Part shown: positions 10,796-24,300 of the stretch, piece after piece
How the letters are laid out: every line of letters starts with the position of its first letter
Position numbering within the stretch: the first letter of the stretch is position 1
Source: Haliotis rufescens
Lineage: Eukaryota
Direction of reading: 5' to 3'
DNA: 64,000 nt
Assembly: GCF_023055435.1 (NCBI RefSeq)
Contig: NW_025964383.1
Location: 10,416,001-10,480,000, forward strand
Notes under the pieces: model-generated
What the model saw: the letters and a program-made list of their open reading frames with translations, nothing else
Databases searched by the model: none
Told to the model about the DNA's origin: nothing
Program-made: the position numbers and the translations under genes

Positions 10796-13739
10796 TCACT
10801 CCATTGCTCCCTTCAGCATTTTTGTCTTTGATTTTAAAATATTTATTTCTTTTCCCGACACCAGCTTCATCTGAACAGCAGCAAGGGAAGAGTTGTATGC
10901 TCCGAACACGGGCCAGTAGTCATCTGCCTGTTCTTCTGTGTCCAGTGTCACAAGTTCAGCTATGGTGTTGAGGTCAAATATAGTGAGGGTGTTCCTGGTA
11001 CCGTCAAACAGAAGCCCATGTCGCAGTGTGTCAGATGTTCCTGGACTGGTCGACAAAACGTTTTCGTAGCATCTCATCTTCTGGCCATTGCTCCAGATCT
11101 TTGCACAGACTCCTTTGTGTGTAGAGCAGTGTGCGATGGCGAGACACATCGATCCTTTCTGCCCGCTCATGCAGTAGCTGTTGTCCAGGCATGCTCCCCT
11201 AGCCACACCTATTTCCATAAGTAGGCCATGTTGTTGCATTTCAGAGGCCACGTTGAAGTCTGACTCAACCTCCCAATAGCTGACTTTGTCTTTGGGTAGA
11301 GGTGTAATAGCCGTTGTCCCAACATACTGACCTACTTTCCTTTCTTGGGAGACTTTACTATTGACCAGGAACCCTTTGTTGTTGACATGGACCTTATTGC
11401 TGTTGATTCTTTCCACGTCAAACGACAAAGCAGGATCTGCAATGTACCAACACATTGTTTCAGTAGAATACCTTGATTCTGTAAATCATTGAGTATCATT
11501 ATTGTTTTCTCAACTGTAGTCTCTTTTCTTTACATTTATATGATTTATTAAGCATTCTCTACTGACATGAAGGTAATATTGTGATAACCATTGTTGATCA
11601 TCTGCGCATCTACTTACATGACAAAACATGATTGCCAGTGATCAACTCTTCTCCGTTGTCCTCTTCGTTTTCTTCGTTGTGTTCTCTTTCCTTTTCTTCT
11701 TCGGTGTCAGGATCCATGTCAAGGGGCTCCGTTTCTGCATCATGAAAATGTTTAATGTTATGTAAGCCAATTCAGAGAACGTTTTGTGTTTTTTATTTAA
11801 CTTTGTCATATTATTACATAACAGTTATTTGTTTTTCTTTAATGCACAATTCATAATGTTGAAATTATCCTTACCCAAATCAGCACGAGGTTTGAAAAAC
11901 AAAAGTTCAATAAATCAGTTCAGATGTGTCAGTACCTGATATCATGTCTGAAAGTTTACTCTCGTCCACTGTTGAAAACATTGGAAGATAGTTTCCCTGT
12001 GCTTGGGGATCTGAAACATAGTGCATGTCAATGATGCGAAAGCACACACACACACACACACATTTATATATTTATTATGTTTTCATTTCAAGGTAAATCT
12101 TAAAGGATGTCATCATCGTTGCTTTCATAAAATATTATCAGCTTTCACGTGTCTAGGTTCTCCTCCTGTAAGCGACAGCTGTTGACATAAATCACAAATG
12201 TTCTCAACAACCCATAAACATGATTGCGGATTGTTCATGACTGGAACAAAAACTAAATGTTGTGTTTGCAACTCGATGTTAAAGCATTTCTCAACCATAT
12301 GACATGAATCAGAAAGGTAATACTGACAACCGTTACCTATGAAAATGCAGAATGTACAAGTATTTAAACATCCTAAAAATAGCAATGCTGAGGGATTTGT
12401 AAAATACCCTGATGTATTTAGTTCTATAACACACACAACCATCTTGATGTAATGCTCTATTGATGAAACTTTTGCAACATAATATGTTCCAGTGCTCCTG
12501 TGAGAGTTCACGACCAAATCACAATGAATATTATTATTCAATGCTCTTTCAGAAAAAAACAAAACATATGTAATCTTTTTGGGACGGCTTTCATTGGAAT
12601 TCAACAAAAATTCAAGCCATACCTTTCTCAGAAGTTTCAGTATCACTGTTTGGTCCCTCAAAATTGGCATACAAATTCATAAAGCTGCCATCATCCCCCT
12701 CCTTGGTCTCAATGTCGCACACGGTTTGTAAAACATTTTCAAATGATTGTATTTTCTCCCTCGAAAATGTTACATGAACTGGTACAACTTCAAACATCTC
12801 GGCCTCCTCAGATAAAGCCATTTCTGTCCTGAACTTCACATACTTCCTCAGCATCAGGATGTCGCTCGTGTTTCCATGCTCCAGCAGTTTCCCTGTGTAA
12901 TCATGGGTGTTCTTGCATAACCTGACAATCCGCCTGAGATTGTTACTGACCCTCGCAGCCTCATCCATCTCAGACAGGTGTCTGAACTCCAAGGTTTTCC
13001 TCAATTCCGCTTCTCGTTTTGTAATCAAGTCACGGAGGCTGTTAAATCTTTGTGACAACAAATCCTTCAAATCGTTGTGCCTATCCTTCATCGTCTCCTG
13101 TTTTGTGTTTGATTCGTCGATCATATCCTTGAAATGTTGTAACTTGGCTGCCAATTTACTCTTATCTTCTATTGTGTCTTCCTCCACGGCACCAGCAGCC
13201 TCGTCTAACTCCTCAGTCTTACAATGCTTATGATTTGACCGAGCACATTTTGAACAAATGATAATCTCACACGTTTCATCGTAAAGATCCAGAGCATACG
13301 ATTCATGGTCTGGACAAAGCGACTTCTGTGAACGCACATCCGCTGGCTTCATGTCCTTCAGAGACACCATCCCATGGGTGCTGGAACTCCTCACCTGATT
13401 GTGTGCAGCTTGACACGATTGACAGAAGAAGGACTCGCAATCCTTGCACCAGGATACTGCATCCAGGCTATGATCTTTGTTGGTGCATTTGATCTCCGAT
13501 GGCTTGTGTTTTAGGGTAGTGGCAAGGGTTTCTACTTGAGTGACGGTATCATTTAGGAAAATGAATTGCTCTTTGTCAAATGACTCTCTGCATAACAGGC
13601 ATGTTATTGTTTCACGTTGAACGCTAATGCACCCAGCACAGGCTGCATGTAAACACGGAAGAAGGTACGGATCTATCCCTTTGTACTTGTATGGCTTCTT
13701 ACAAACACAACAATGCGGACACTGAGCTTTAGACGCCAT
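10796..13739 (-). CDS. TRIM-like E3 ligase B1 (RING-Bbox1-Bbox2-coiled coil-acidic linker-B30.2/SPRY-like), ~649 aa
   Basis: Predicted exons are 13739-12623, 12010-11936, 11734-11618 and 11436-10796, all GT-AG phase 1 (1950 nt in total). RING: CCVC..PCLHAACAGC..CLLC. A probable 5' UTR exon has its donor at 13938. Confidence 0.85.
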
Positions 13740-14579
13740 GATATATGATCCTATACGAACCACTGGAACGACACAGAAAAGACAACACATTTATATAAAG
13801 TGAATACATATAAGCTAAACTATATCAACCTACATTTAAGACGTTATCGATTATTACATTACTGCTTACTCTGTCAATAGACGTTATTTCGTATATAGAA
13901 AATCCAGACATTGTATCACCCAGGTGTTTAAAACTTACCTGGATGGGACTCACGGTTTAGAAACATGTACAAACGTACCCCTCCTGTTCTCGGTAATGTC
14001 TAATATGAATATAGATGTCTTGCGTTGCCTGTTGGATAAACCTGTCTCGACTGAGACCCACCCTTCTCGCAAGAAATAACTGACCCGAATCAGGTAGTTG
14101 GAGATGCAGCGTGTGTGTCAGACTGTGCCCTTCACTGGCGCGTTGACAAAAGATATGTCACCCGCTCTGTCGACAGATGATACTGCACAAGGTCGCGCAG
14201 GTTATTTTTGACTGTGGCGTCTGTCCAGGTGGCAACACTACACACTGATTACACCAAGAGAATAACCTAGGACGTGGTCTATTTCATTTAAGAGTAACTA
14301 TGCATATTTTGTGCAGGTTTATATGCGCCCCGCTACGGATTGTGGGCAGGCCTATACACTTCATATTAACATACAACTCTACATAACTTTGCAACAACTG
14401 CACTCAGTGTGTATGGCTTCAGGGTAGTAGATACTAGTACATGCCGTGGACGTATCACAAGGGTCTCCTAAACAGTAATGTGATTGTTGTATCAGCCTAC
14501 GAACATGTAGATAATTATGATGTTGAGTGACAGGTGAAACTCAATTGTTTGCGAGTCTGACGCGATCTCAACTGGACTT

Positions 14580-17085
14580 GTTAGCCTTCGAGGAGTACAC
14601 ACATCTGATAGCCTTCAAAGAGGACACACATCTGGTAGCCTTCGGTGAAACCACAATTTGATAGCCTTCGGTGAGGTTTGTTGTTTAACGCCGCATTCAG
14701 CAATATTCCAGCTACATGATGGCTGTCTGTAAATGATCGAGTCTGGACCAGACAATCCAGTGATTAATATCATGATCATCGATCTACGCAGTTGGGATAC
14801 GATGACATGCATCAACCACGCGATCCCGTTAGTCGCCTCTCAAGACAAGCACAGTCGTCTTTTACGGCACGCACGGGTTGCTGAAGACCTATTCTACCCC
14901 GGATCTCCACGGGTCCCTTCGGTGTGGACACACGTGTGAAACCCTTCGGAAGGGATACACATCTGGTAGCCTTTGCTGAGAACACACATCCGAAAACCTT
15001 CAATGAGAGCACATATTCGATAGATTTCGGTGAGGTCTCAAATCTGATAGCCTACGGTGAGATAACACATCTGGTATCCTTCGGGGAAAACTGACATCTG
15101 GTAGCCTTCGGTGAGGAAACATATCTGATAGCCTTCGCTGAGAACACATATCTGGTAGCCTTCGCTGAGAACACACAACCGAAAACCTTCAGTGAGAGCC
15201 CATATTAGAAAGACTTCGGTGAGGTCACACATCTGGTAGCATTCGCTGAGAACACACATCTGGCATCCTCCGATGAAAACACACATCTGGTATCCTTTAA
15301 TGAGAACACACATCTGGTAGCCTTCGCTGAGAACACACATCTGGTAGCCTTCACTGAGAACACACGTCTGGTAGCCTTCGATGAAAACACGATCTGATAG
15401 CCTTTGGTGAGGTTTGTTGTTTAATGCCGCACTCAGCAATATTCCAGCTATATGATGGCTGTCTGTAAATGATCGAGTCTGGACCAGATATCCCAGTGAT
15501 TAATATCATGATCAACGACCTACGCAGTTGGGATACGATGACATGCATCAACAAAGTTCGCGAGCCTGACTACCCGATCCCGTTAGTCGCCTCTCAGGAC
15601 AAGCACAGTCGTCTTTTACGGCACGCACGGGTTGCTGAAGACCTATTCTACTCCGGATCTCCACGGGTCCCTTCGGTGTTGACACACGTGTGAAAGCCTT
15701 CGGAAGGGATACACATCTGGTAGCCTTCGCTGAGAACACACATCCGAAAACCTTCAATGAGAGCACATTTTCGATAGACTTCGGTGAGTTATCAGATGTG
15801 ATAGCCTTCAGTGAGATAACACATCTGGTATCCTTCGGGGAAAACACACATCTGGTAGCCTTCGGTGAGGACACATATCTGATAGCCTTCGCTGAGAACA
15901 CATATCTGGTAGCCTTCGCTGAGAACACACATACGAAAACCTTCAGTGAGAGCCAATATTAGAAAGACTTCAGTGAGGTCACACATCTGGTAGCCTTTGC
16001 TGAGAACACACATCAGGTATCCTCCAGTGAAAACAAACATCTGGTATCCTCCAATGAGAACACACATCTGGTAGCCTTCGCTGAGAACACACATCTGGTA
16101 GCCTTCACTGAGAACACACATCTGGTAGCCTTCGCTGAGAACACACATCTGGTAGCCTTCGCTGAGAACACACATCTGGTAACCTTCACTGTGAACACAC
16201 ATCTGGTAGCCTTCGCTGAGAACACACATCTGGTAGGCTTCGCTGAGAACACACATCTGATAGCCTTCGGTAGGGACACACATCTAACCGCCTTCGGTTG
16301 AGACACACATCTGGTAGCCTTCACTGAAGACACACATCTGGTAGCCTTCGGTGGGCACACACATCTTATCGCCTTCCGTGGGACACACATCTGATAGCCT
16401 TTGGTAGGGACACAAATCCGAAAACCTTCAATGAGAACACACATTCGATAGACTTCAGTGAGGTCACACATCTGATAGCCTTCGGTTGGACACACATCTG
16501 ATTGCCTTCGATGATAACCCACATCCGAAAACCTCCAGTGAGAGCACACATTCGATAGACTTCAGTGAGGTCACACATCTGATAGCCTTCGGTGAGAACA
16601 CACATCTGGTAGCCTTCGGTAAGGACACACATCTGATAGCCTACGGTGAGATAACACATCTGGTATCCTTCGCTGAGAACACTCAACTGGTATCCTTCGC
16701 TGAGAACACACATCTGATAGCCTTCGGTGAAAACACACATCTGGTAGCCTTCGGTGAATTTACACATCTCATAGCCTTCTTTATCTGATAACCTTAGTTG
16801 ACACACATGCGACACACGTCTGATAGCCTTCGGTGAGGATACACTTCTGATAGCCTTCGGTGATAACACACATCCGAAAACCTCCAGTAAGAGCACACAT
16901 CTGATCGCCTTCAGTGAGAACACACATCTGATAGCTTTCAGTGAGAACACACATACGATAGCTTTCAGTGAGAACACACATCCGATAGCCGTCGGTGTGC
17001 AGACACATCTGATAACATTAGTTGACACACATGCGACAGCATTCGATGAAAATACACGCCTGGTAGCCTTCGGTGAAGACTTCAA
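14580..17085 (+). repeat. 27-bp minisatellite (acacacatctggtagccttcgctgaga)n with two embedded SINEs
   Basis: Direct reading. It generates the repetitive EGYQMCVLS and KATRCVFSA ORFs. Confidence 0.95.
14676..14916 (-). mobile_element. SINE-like family 2 (head gacccgtgaagatccggggtagaatagg); further copies at 15412-15670 and 43592-43852
   Basis: Dispersed ~250-bp repeat that shares the gctggaatattgct..cggcgttaaa 3' end with family 1. Confidence 0.85.
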
Positions 17086-17799
17086 AACAATCAATGACAG
17101 AAACAATATTCCGTCGTTGGCAGCGGGTGTTTACCTTACAATTCGGCTTTATTAATGGTGGCCAAACACGCGCTCTACCACAGAACAGTGTTAGCATGAG
17201 TGCTCTAGAGTTACTTCCCCTCCACTGTAAAGCGATTTAGGCATAACTCGCCTGCGTTGTAGAACTAATTACATGAACTAAATTATACGCTACATTACAA
17301 CACAATTCAGTTGTCACACGGGGAGGTAAGTTGAAATGGGGTTTAACGTCGCCCAGTCATTATTTTCGTTATTATAGTTATCATTGTGTCTGCTGGGGAA
17401 GGCGGTGGGTTAGATCCCCGGCCGCGTCATACCTAAGTTCTTGTTTTTACCCTACCTGGCGCTCGGCATTAAATGGGTACAACAAGGACTGGTATGCTCG
17501 GAGTCAGTATACTGTGTCTAAATGTGGTATTCATGGTAAACTGTGTCATGGTATCTCAGTGGGTTGGCGCTATAAATCGGCATTAGTCATGTGTATGCAC
17601 GTCGCTATATAAGTGCAATAATCTTGAATGCTATGTTAAACCCCATTTCCCATCCCCTATGCCATGATGTCTAATGCCGGTTTTATAGTTTTAGCCTAAT
17701 AAAATACCATGCAGTTTAGCAAGGATACCTCACTCAAAAACTTAACACTGCCTCAAAGCCGACCAGTCCTTCTTTACCCCCATAATGCAGAGGACCAGG

Positions 17800-18390
17800 A
17801 AGAAACGTGAAGAAGGATATGAGCCCGTCTTCTTAGACGAGACATGGGTAAATGCGTCACACACAGCCAGCAGTCAGTGGGTACCCAGTGGTGACTGAAA
17901 GGAGTCTGGTAGACAGTTATCAATGGGAAAGGGTGAAAGACTCATAGTTCTCCATGCTGGTTCTGCTAGTCAGGGTTTTCTCCGAGACTGTGACCTCGTC
18001 TTTAGAGCCAAGGCCAAAGACACCAGGGACTACCACACAGAAATGAACGGCAATGTATTTCTGGAGTGGGTGAAAGATAAATTAGTCCCTGCTTTGCCTA
18101 CCAAGTCTCTCATTGTCATGGACAATACACCGTATCATAGTGTGCAGGATCCAGAAAGCAAGACTCCAACCTCTAATAACCGTAAAGGAGACGTGGGGTT
18201 ATTTGGCTGCAATGGAGGAACATACCTTTCCTTCTCTATGAAATCATCAAAACTATGAAACCTGTCCCCGTGTATAAAGTTGACAGTTAGATCAAGGGTC
18301 AGGGTCACGCTGTCTTACGACTGCCACCTTATCACTGCGACCTGAATCCAATCGAGTTGGTATGGGGCATCGTCAAGGGTGACGTTTGAC
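17800..18390 (+). mobile_element. Degenerate IS630/Tc1/mariner-superfamily DDE transposase fragment
   Basis: Motifs PVFLDETWVN, GKGERLIVLHAG, DYHTEMN, VMDNTPYHS and VLRLPPYHCDLNPIELVWG, with stops and frameshifts. Confidence 0.85.
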
Positions 18391-18889
18391 AATCGAACAC
18401 AACGTAACGTGTAACGGGTAACAGTAGATAGAGCCACGTTATTGGTCACGAGGTGGACTACGGCCAGCAACAGTCCAACCTATAATAGTGGCAGTCGGTT
18501 CAGGCACCAGCAGTTCCGACGACGAGATCTATGAGATTATATGAGCGAGTCAGATTGCGATTGAAATTATCATGAGACGGCCCCTCTAACGCTCTGTCAT
18601 TTCCCCTACCACAGAACGTGCAGTGCATGCGTGCTTGTGCTGTGCCTTCAACGGTTTGTCCCCCCTTCGTGTCATGTACACATTTCTATACAAAATTACA
18701 TGGTAGTTTCTTAAAGAACTTCATCCGTCATGGGTCTTAAAATAAACAAAATTCAGATTTTGTTGGGTACATGGTATTCATGGTCAAGTACCGTATTGAT
18801 GTTTCATACACTTTTCTGGATTTCGAGTTATTTGGCAATTCATCGTTCTCATTTGGAGTCAAACGGACTGTACATGATACCCTCCTTGT

Positions 18890-19300
18890 CAGCCTCTTTG
18901 CGTGTGTCCTCTTCTACCTTGGCACCATATCTGCAACGTGGCATGGCGCCGGGTGAGAATAAACTGGATGATGTGAGGTATACATAGGGCATTTCTGAAC
19001 ATGAGGTCCTTTATAAATTGATCAGTGTTACAGTTCAAAAGAGATGCCTCATAACGAATGGAATAAAGGAAATCGCAAAAACCTTCATGTTCTTTTTGTT
19101 TTCTGTCTATCAGGTCATTCTTGCGGTCTATAACCTGAATAGACGTGGGGCCATACCATTGCACAAAAAGATTGTTGAAGCTCAGGCCATGTCATGTTGT
19201 CCTTGCATACCAAATTAAAGCAGTTTTTGATAAATATAGGGGGAAAACGTAAATAATTTCTTCACTGGTGTAATTTTGAATTGACGTAAATTTCTGAAAT
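18890..19300 (-). mobile_element. Probable Ty3/Gypsy gag (capsid) relic
   Basis: Frameshifted translation FPLYLSKTALIWY..TWPELQQSF..YGP..IDRKQKEHEGFCDFLYSIRYEA resembles the retrotransposon gag pattern (A..W..TW.EL...F..Q..E...DF). Confidence 0.45.
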
Positions 19301-21166
19301 CTACCCAGGCATGAGGGTGCAGAGCGGGCATCATATCCGTCGAACAAAGGCATCGGGAGGGTTATGAAGCTGACGCGAGATGGGGACGGGGGTGGTCAGC
19401 GGTTGAAGAGAGGCACGGACAGAGAGAACAACAACGGCCCTCACAATGGAATATATATATACTCCCTGTTTATACCTATACCCTGCCAAACTGCCTACGA
19501 TACTTGGCTTAATCGTCCGGTCACCGGAGGGGAACATTCCGAGTATTGACCGATTTCCGGCAGATGACCTTGTCCGAATCCCTCTTGGTCTGGCAGGTGC
19601 CTGGGGGGTCACTGGTGGGCTGCCGGGAGATGTGTCACGGATCCATTACCGACGGGGGCGTGGGCCACTGGACGCCGCAAGAAAATAACTCCGAGTTATT
19701 ACCTTCCGATGTGTCCCCCGGGTCTTCCCGATGGCAAAAACATGGCCAATGCTCACAGATGATCGTCCGGAACCCTGTCAGGTATGCCTCAATTGTGCCG
19801 ATTTTCAGTCTTTTCAGCATCGTAAACTAATATTCCCGGTATCGGTGGATATGTGACTCGGGCATAAGTCGATCTGTATCTGTATCATTTCAGCATTGAT
19901 GGCGACCCATACTTTGAACACTGTAGTAACTGAAACTCTACATGTTGTATAACGTACATGTCATCACCGAAAAATGCATATCAACAAAGGTTAATAAGAT
20001 TTGAGATATTCTAACAATATTTGTTCAAAGGTAAAAAGTAAAAAATCCTATACCGCTATACAAAACTATGCAGCTTGACAGATTAGGACATTTACGTCTG
20101 TGCAAGTTTCAGCCTCGAACGAGAATGCGATCCTAAGATTCGAATTCATGAAATATAAAACACGAGTTGCGTCCCTTGAACCACACACTTTTCAGCAGCA
20201 ACGTTGATAACAGTGAGCTGACGAATGTGATCTAACACATGACATTGTCCGACACCTGATATATTGCATTTCAGAGAATCGAGATCAAAAGAATAGATGA
20301 CATTACCATGTTGCTGCCGTCCCTATATTTGAAATTAATCAAGTCCATGTTATCGTGAAAATAAAGCAAATATGTCATCAATACACCTGTTGGTTGAGCA
20401 CAAAAACCAAATTAATCACGGTAAAGCAGGAATTGCCTCCAATGATTTAGCCATTTCGTGAAAGCTTCAGAAGTAAATGTATCATCTTTTTTAATTTAAC
20501 ACTGGCGAATGTCATTTCGAATATTGTTTCATTGGATATATATGTTTTGGAGATGGTACACGTGATCTTAGATTCGTTCCATCAAATACAGACATGACCG
20601 ATTCTTACGTCCATTTGTATGGTGGGAGAAACAGACACGTCAAGTAACGGAGTGTAGTGTGAAGCGGTAGGGAAGAGAATGACACGGGGGATACTGCAAG
20701 TAAAACATGTATTTTCATACAAATCATTGATCTTGACAGACAAAAACAAATCTGTCGCCAAAAGTTGAGATCATATGTTCCTGATGAAACCCTTAATGGA
20801 GTCACGAAAATACAGTGAAGTTAACCTCAAAATTGAAATTGGTTACCTGACATGAATACTTGATTAAAACAGTTGATATATTCCAACAACTGATCATGAC
20901 GAATCAGTTACTCAGCAGGATTTCCAGGGCAGAACATGACCTCAATACACTGTCTTCATCGCGCGTTTGTTATCAGAGGCGAATTATGAGGATCGGGTGG
21001 TTACATTGAACGACTGGGTGTCATCGCTCCCGCTACATGTAGCATAGACTGAGCTAGAGTGGTCTTGATATAGACAGAATATTACAGACAGGTATACATT
21101 TCCTCACCATTTCGGCACAGTCATAGGGAATACAGCCTTACTATCATTCAAGTTCCTCACCACAGA

Positions 21167-21312
21167 NNNNNNNNNNNNNNNNNNNNNNNNNNNNNNNNNN
21201 NNNNNNNNNNNNNNNNNNNNNNNNNNNNNNNNNNNNNNNNNNNNNNNNNNNNNNNNNNNNNNNNNNNNNNNNNNNNNNNNNNNNNNNNNNNNNNNNNNNN
21301 NNNNNNNNNNNN
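21167..21312. other. Assembly gap (others at 37648-37800, 45612-45828 and 47970-48115)
   Basis: Runs of N. Confidence 1.
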
Positions 21313-21324
21313 TCATTGTCACCA

Positions 21325-24300
21325 TCACGACAGGGCCTTAACAATCACTGCTTTCTTCTCCTCTGTCATGTTGATGTCGCTGCCCACTACAAGTGTCATG
21401 CTGACAGAGACATACTCTGGGTTATACACCCCGAACATCGGCCACAGTGGCTGACTAGAGTCTACATTGTCTAACGTCGATATCACTTTGTTCTCCTTCA
21501 CATCAATGAAGACAATCTTCTTCCTGGCGTCATCATAGACACCACCGTAATGTAGCGTGTGTGATGCCCCTGCTGTGTTGGGGAGAGTGTCAGGCAGACA
21601 CAGCACACGCTTGTCCTCCTTACATGTCTTTCTGCATATCCCGCCGTGTGTAGGACAGTGGGAGACCGCCATGCTGCAGGAGCTGGGTTCTCCACTGATA
21701 GAATGATACACGTCCCTCTGCTCCTCCCTGCATACACCCACCTCGAGGATGAGGAGGCCTTCTGTTAGTGGTTTGTTCAGACTGACCCTGGATTTCATCT
21801 CCCAGTACTGGGGACAGCCAGCCCGGGGGAGGGGGGCAGCGCCACATGTGCCACTGTACTTCTTCAGTCTCCCCTCCCCTGCAGGTATGGTGTCCGACTT
21901 CCTGTTGACCAGGTCTCCTTCTGTGTTGATGTGGACGCTGTCGAGCTTGACTCTGTCTTTGTCATATTTTACATCTATACCTAAAAAATATGAATAAAGT
22001 AAACTTTCCAACACAAATACATTGTATCTCTGTCGCATCATCATGTCTTACCTAATTTCCTGATTTGCCCTTTTAAACACCAAGTTCAAATTATCCGAAA
22101 AGACTGATACCATGTTTTCTTTAATTGGTAATATCTGAAACTGTCAGCTTTGACTCGAGAATACATAAGTTTTGAGTTTGTTTGTTTTTTTCAATTTAGA
22201 AAGTTTTCATTCCACGGCTTTTTTGTAGTTAACCCGCCATGTTATGACTGGAATACGCGTCAAAACGTTGTGACAACCAGCTTAGCCACGGAAATATTAG
22301 TATGTAAACCGAACTTCTAAATCATATAGTTATAGTCGTTGAATAAAGATTGTCTTGATACATCTAGAGTAATGATTTATTAGAAACTGCAGGTGTGCTA
22401 ACAATAAATGGAATATATTTGGAGTAGGGGTCACGGTCTGACATCTAGGCACTCACAATAAATGTGTATTTAGTAAGTCGATTGGGCTGGTTGAACTGGT
22501 TTATATTTGCTGAATGATTGGAAATGAGAGTTTGCAGTATGGAGTATGTAAGGTCATGATGAATGAGTCCAACAAACACTGTAGTTCAAACCCCATAGAG
22601 TATAAGCAATGTTACTGATGGTGTTATCAAAAACGAGGGACATGTGAGTGTGAAGCAACTGCAAATTCGTCAAAGCCTGTTATAATATGTCAATGAGTGA
22701 AATTTTGTGTGCACACACTTTAGCACAAGTAAACAACAATATTAGGGTGAGTGAGTGAGTTTGGTTTAACGCCGCTTTTACCAGTATTCCAGTTACATCT
22801 CGGCGTGTCAGCTTAATGTTGGAGGAAAGCCCGAAGTGATGCAGGTTCCAGACGATTACCACCTTGGAGAAACCCACGAGCACGGGTATGGTGCTGACAA
22901 ACCTAGAGACATAATCGGGGCGAACCGGGATTCGAACCCACAATCAAAGGTTTCTGGTGTGCCCAATGGACGTAATTCTGCACAACGAATCGCAGCGCCT
23001 TAGACGACTGGGCCAGCCGTGCCCCCTATCAATATATGATCTGCACAGTCAGGCACTTCACGCACTGCATATAGCTAATCTCATTCTACTCGTCACATCA
23101 GACAAGTATGGATTTTGTAGAGTCTATCAGTTCAATTTATCAACGTTGTCATAACACTCTCCCTGGTGCAAACATACTTACAGAGAAGAGGAACAGGAAA
23201 AGGGGCATCTGAGGCAGGCAGAAGGTGGACAGCTACACTGGACACGCACTCTACAAAACAAAATGTCAAATGTATACTATTGCCATATGGTATTGTGGTA
23301 TAATGAACTGTTCAAGCCGACTTTAACAGCATTTCACTTACATCCAGGTGTGTCAGCTTAAAGTTGAGTGAAGCTAAGGAGAGGACTTGGTGTAGATTGT
23401 GGACGTTTGCCACTATGCACAGGCAACAATAATGGGTATAATCAAATCATACTTTGAGATTCGATCCCCCAATGGGCATACCCTTTCACAGCATAGGTGC
23501 CCAACTCTGAAGAGTGCACAGTGAATTACAGAACACGAGCTCATTTGGCAAAATATGTTATTTGCTCACATCTCTTTCATTTTTATAACTATGTTTGTCA
23601 TACTAGCTCAAATTCGTGTTTGCCATGTAACCAATATTGAAATGATGCTCACCTAAAGACTTCATTGTTGACGACAGCTGTTCGATCTGTTGATCGCGAT
23701 TCTTTATAACCTTAAATCATAATTAATAAGAATAATGTATACAATGTACATCACTCGCATGTAATGAGGAAGTCTTGGTAAGGTAGCCTTTTGGTTAACT
23801 GGTTACCTAATCACACCAAAAACGAGAGAGGTCTAATCCTCTTAATTCCACCATATCGTATGATACTTTATATATCTCAAAATAGATTTATACTTTGAAC
23901 TTGTGGTTTTCTGGTTTTAGAACGGATTGAGTAAGGTGAATTACATTTATATTGAACATTTCAAGTTATATAGCAGGTGTCAACAAACTGTACCTGCAGA
24001 TGTAACATGTTATCAGCTTCAAGCTTATTTATCTTCGTTTTCATAGCATTCATAGTAGATCCCTCTGTAATAACAAACACATGTAATATATGAGTAAATG
24101 GAATATTTAACAATTGCAACGCGCATAAAAATAAGGTACACATGCATTACACAGGACACCTACCTACCATATAGGTCATGTGACGTTCATATAACACAAT
24201 ACTCGCGCGTGATGGAAATGACAACGGGGACATTTAGATTGAAATGAACATTAAATGTGAGTTCTATGCATCACTTCCGGTCTCGTAAATCTAGACTTAG

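Larger units (their letters stand above)
391..17750 (+). repeat. Segmental duplication, copy 1 (genes A+B)
   Basis: Collinear high identity with 30103-45968, from gcgccaaatagca to ctcaaaaacttaaca, including introns, repeats and intergenic DNA. Confidence 0.93.

Noticed and set aside
12095-12165. Additional linker exon of gene B (GGEPRHVKADNI)
   Set aside because: The acceptor looks plausible, but all frames hit a stop before a good donor in both copies.
14580-17106. Cys-rich repetitive ORFs (EGYQMCVLS)n and (KATRCVFSA)n
   Set aside because: They are products of a 27-bp minisatellite, open in several frames, interrupted by SINEs and frameshifts, and not conserved in extent between the duplicates.
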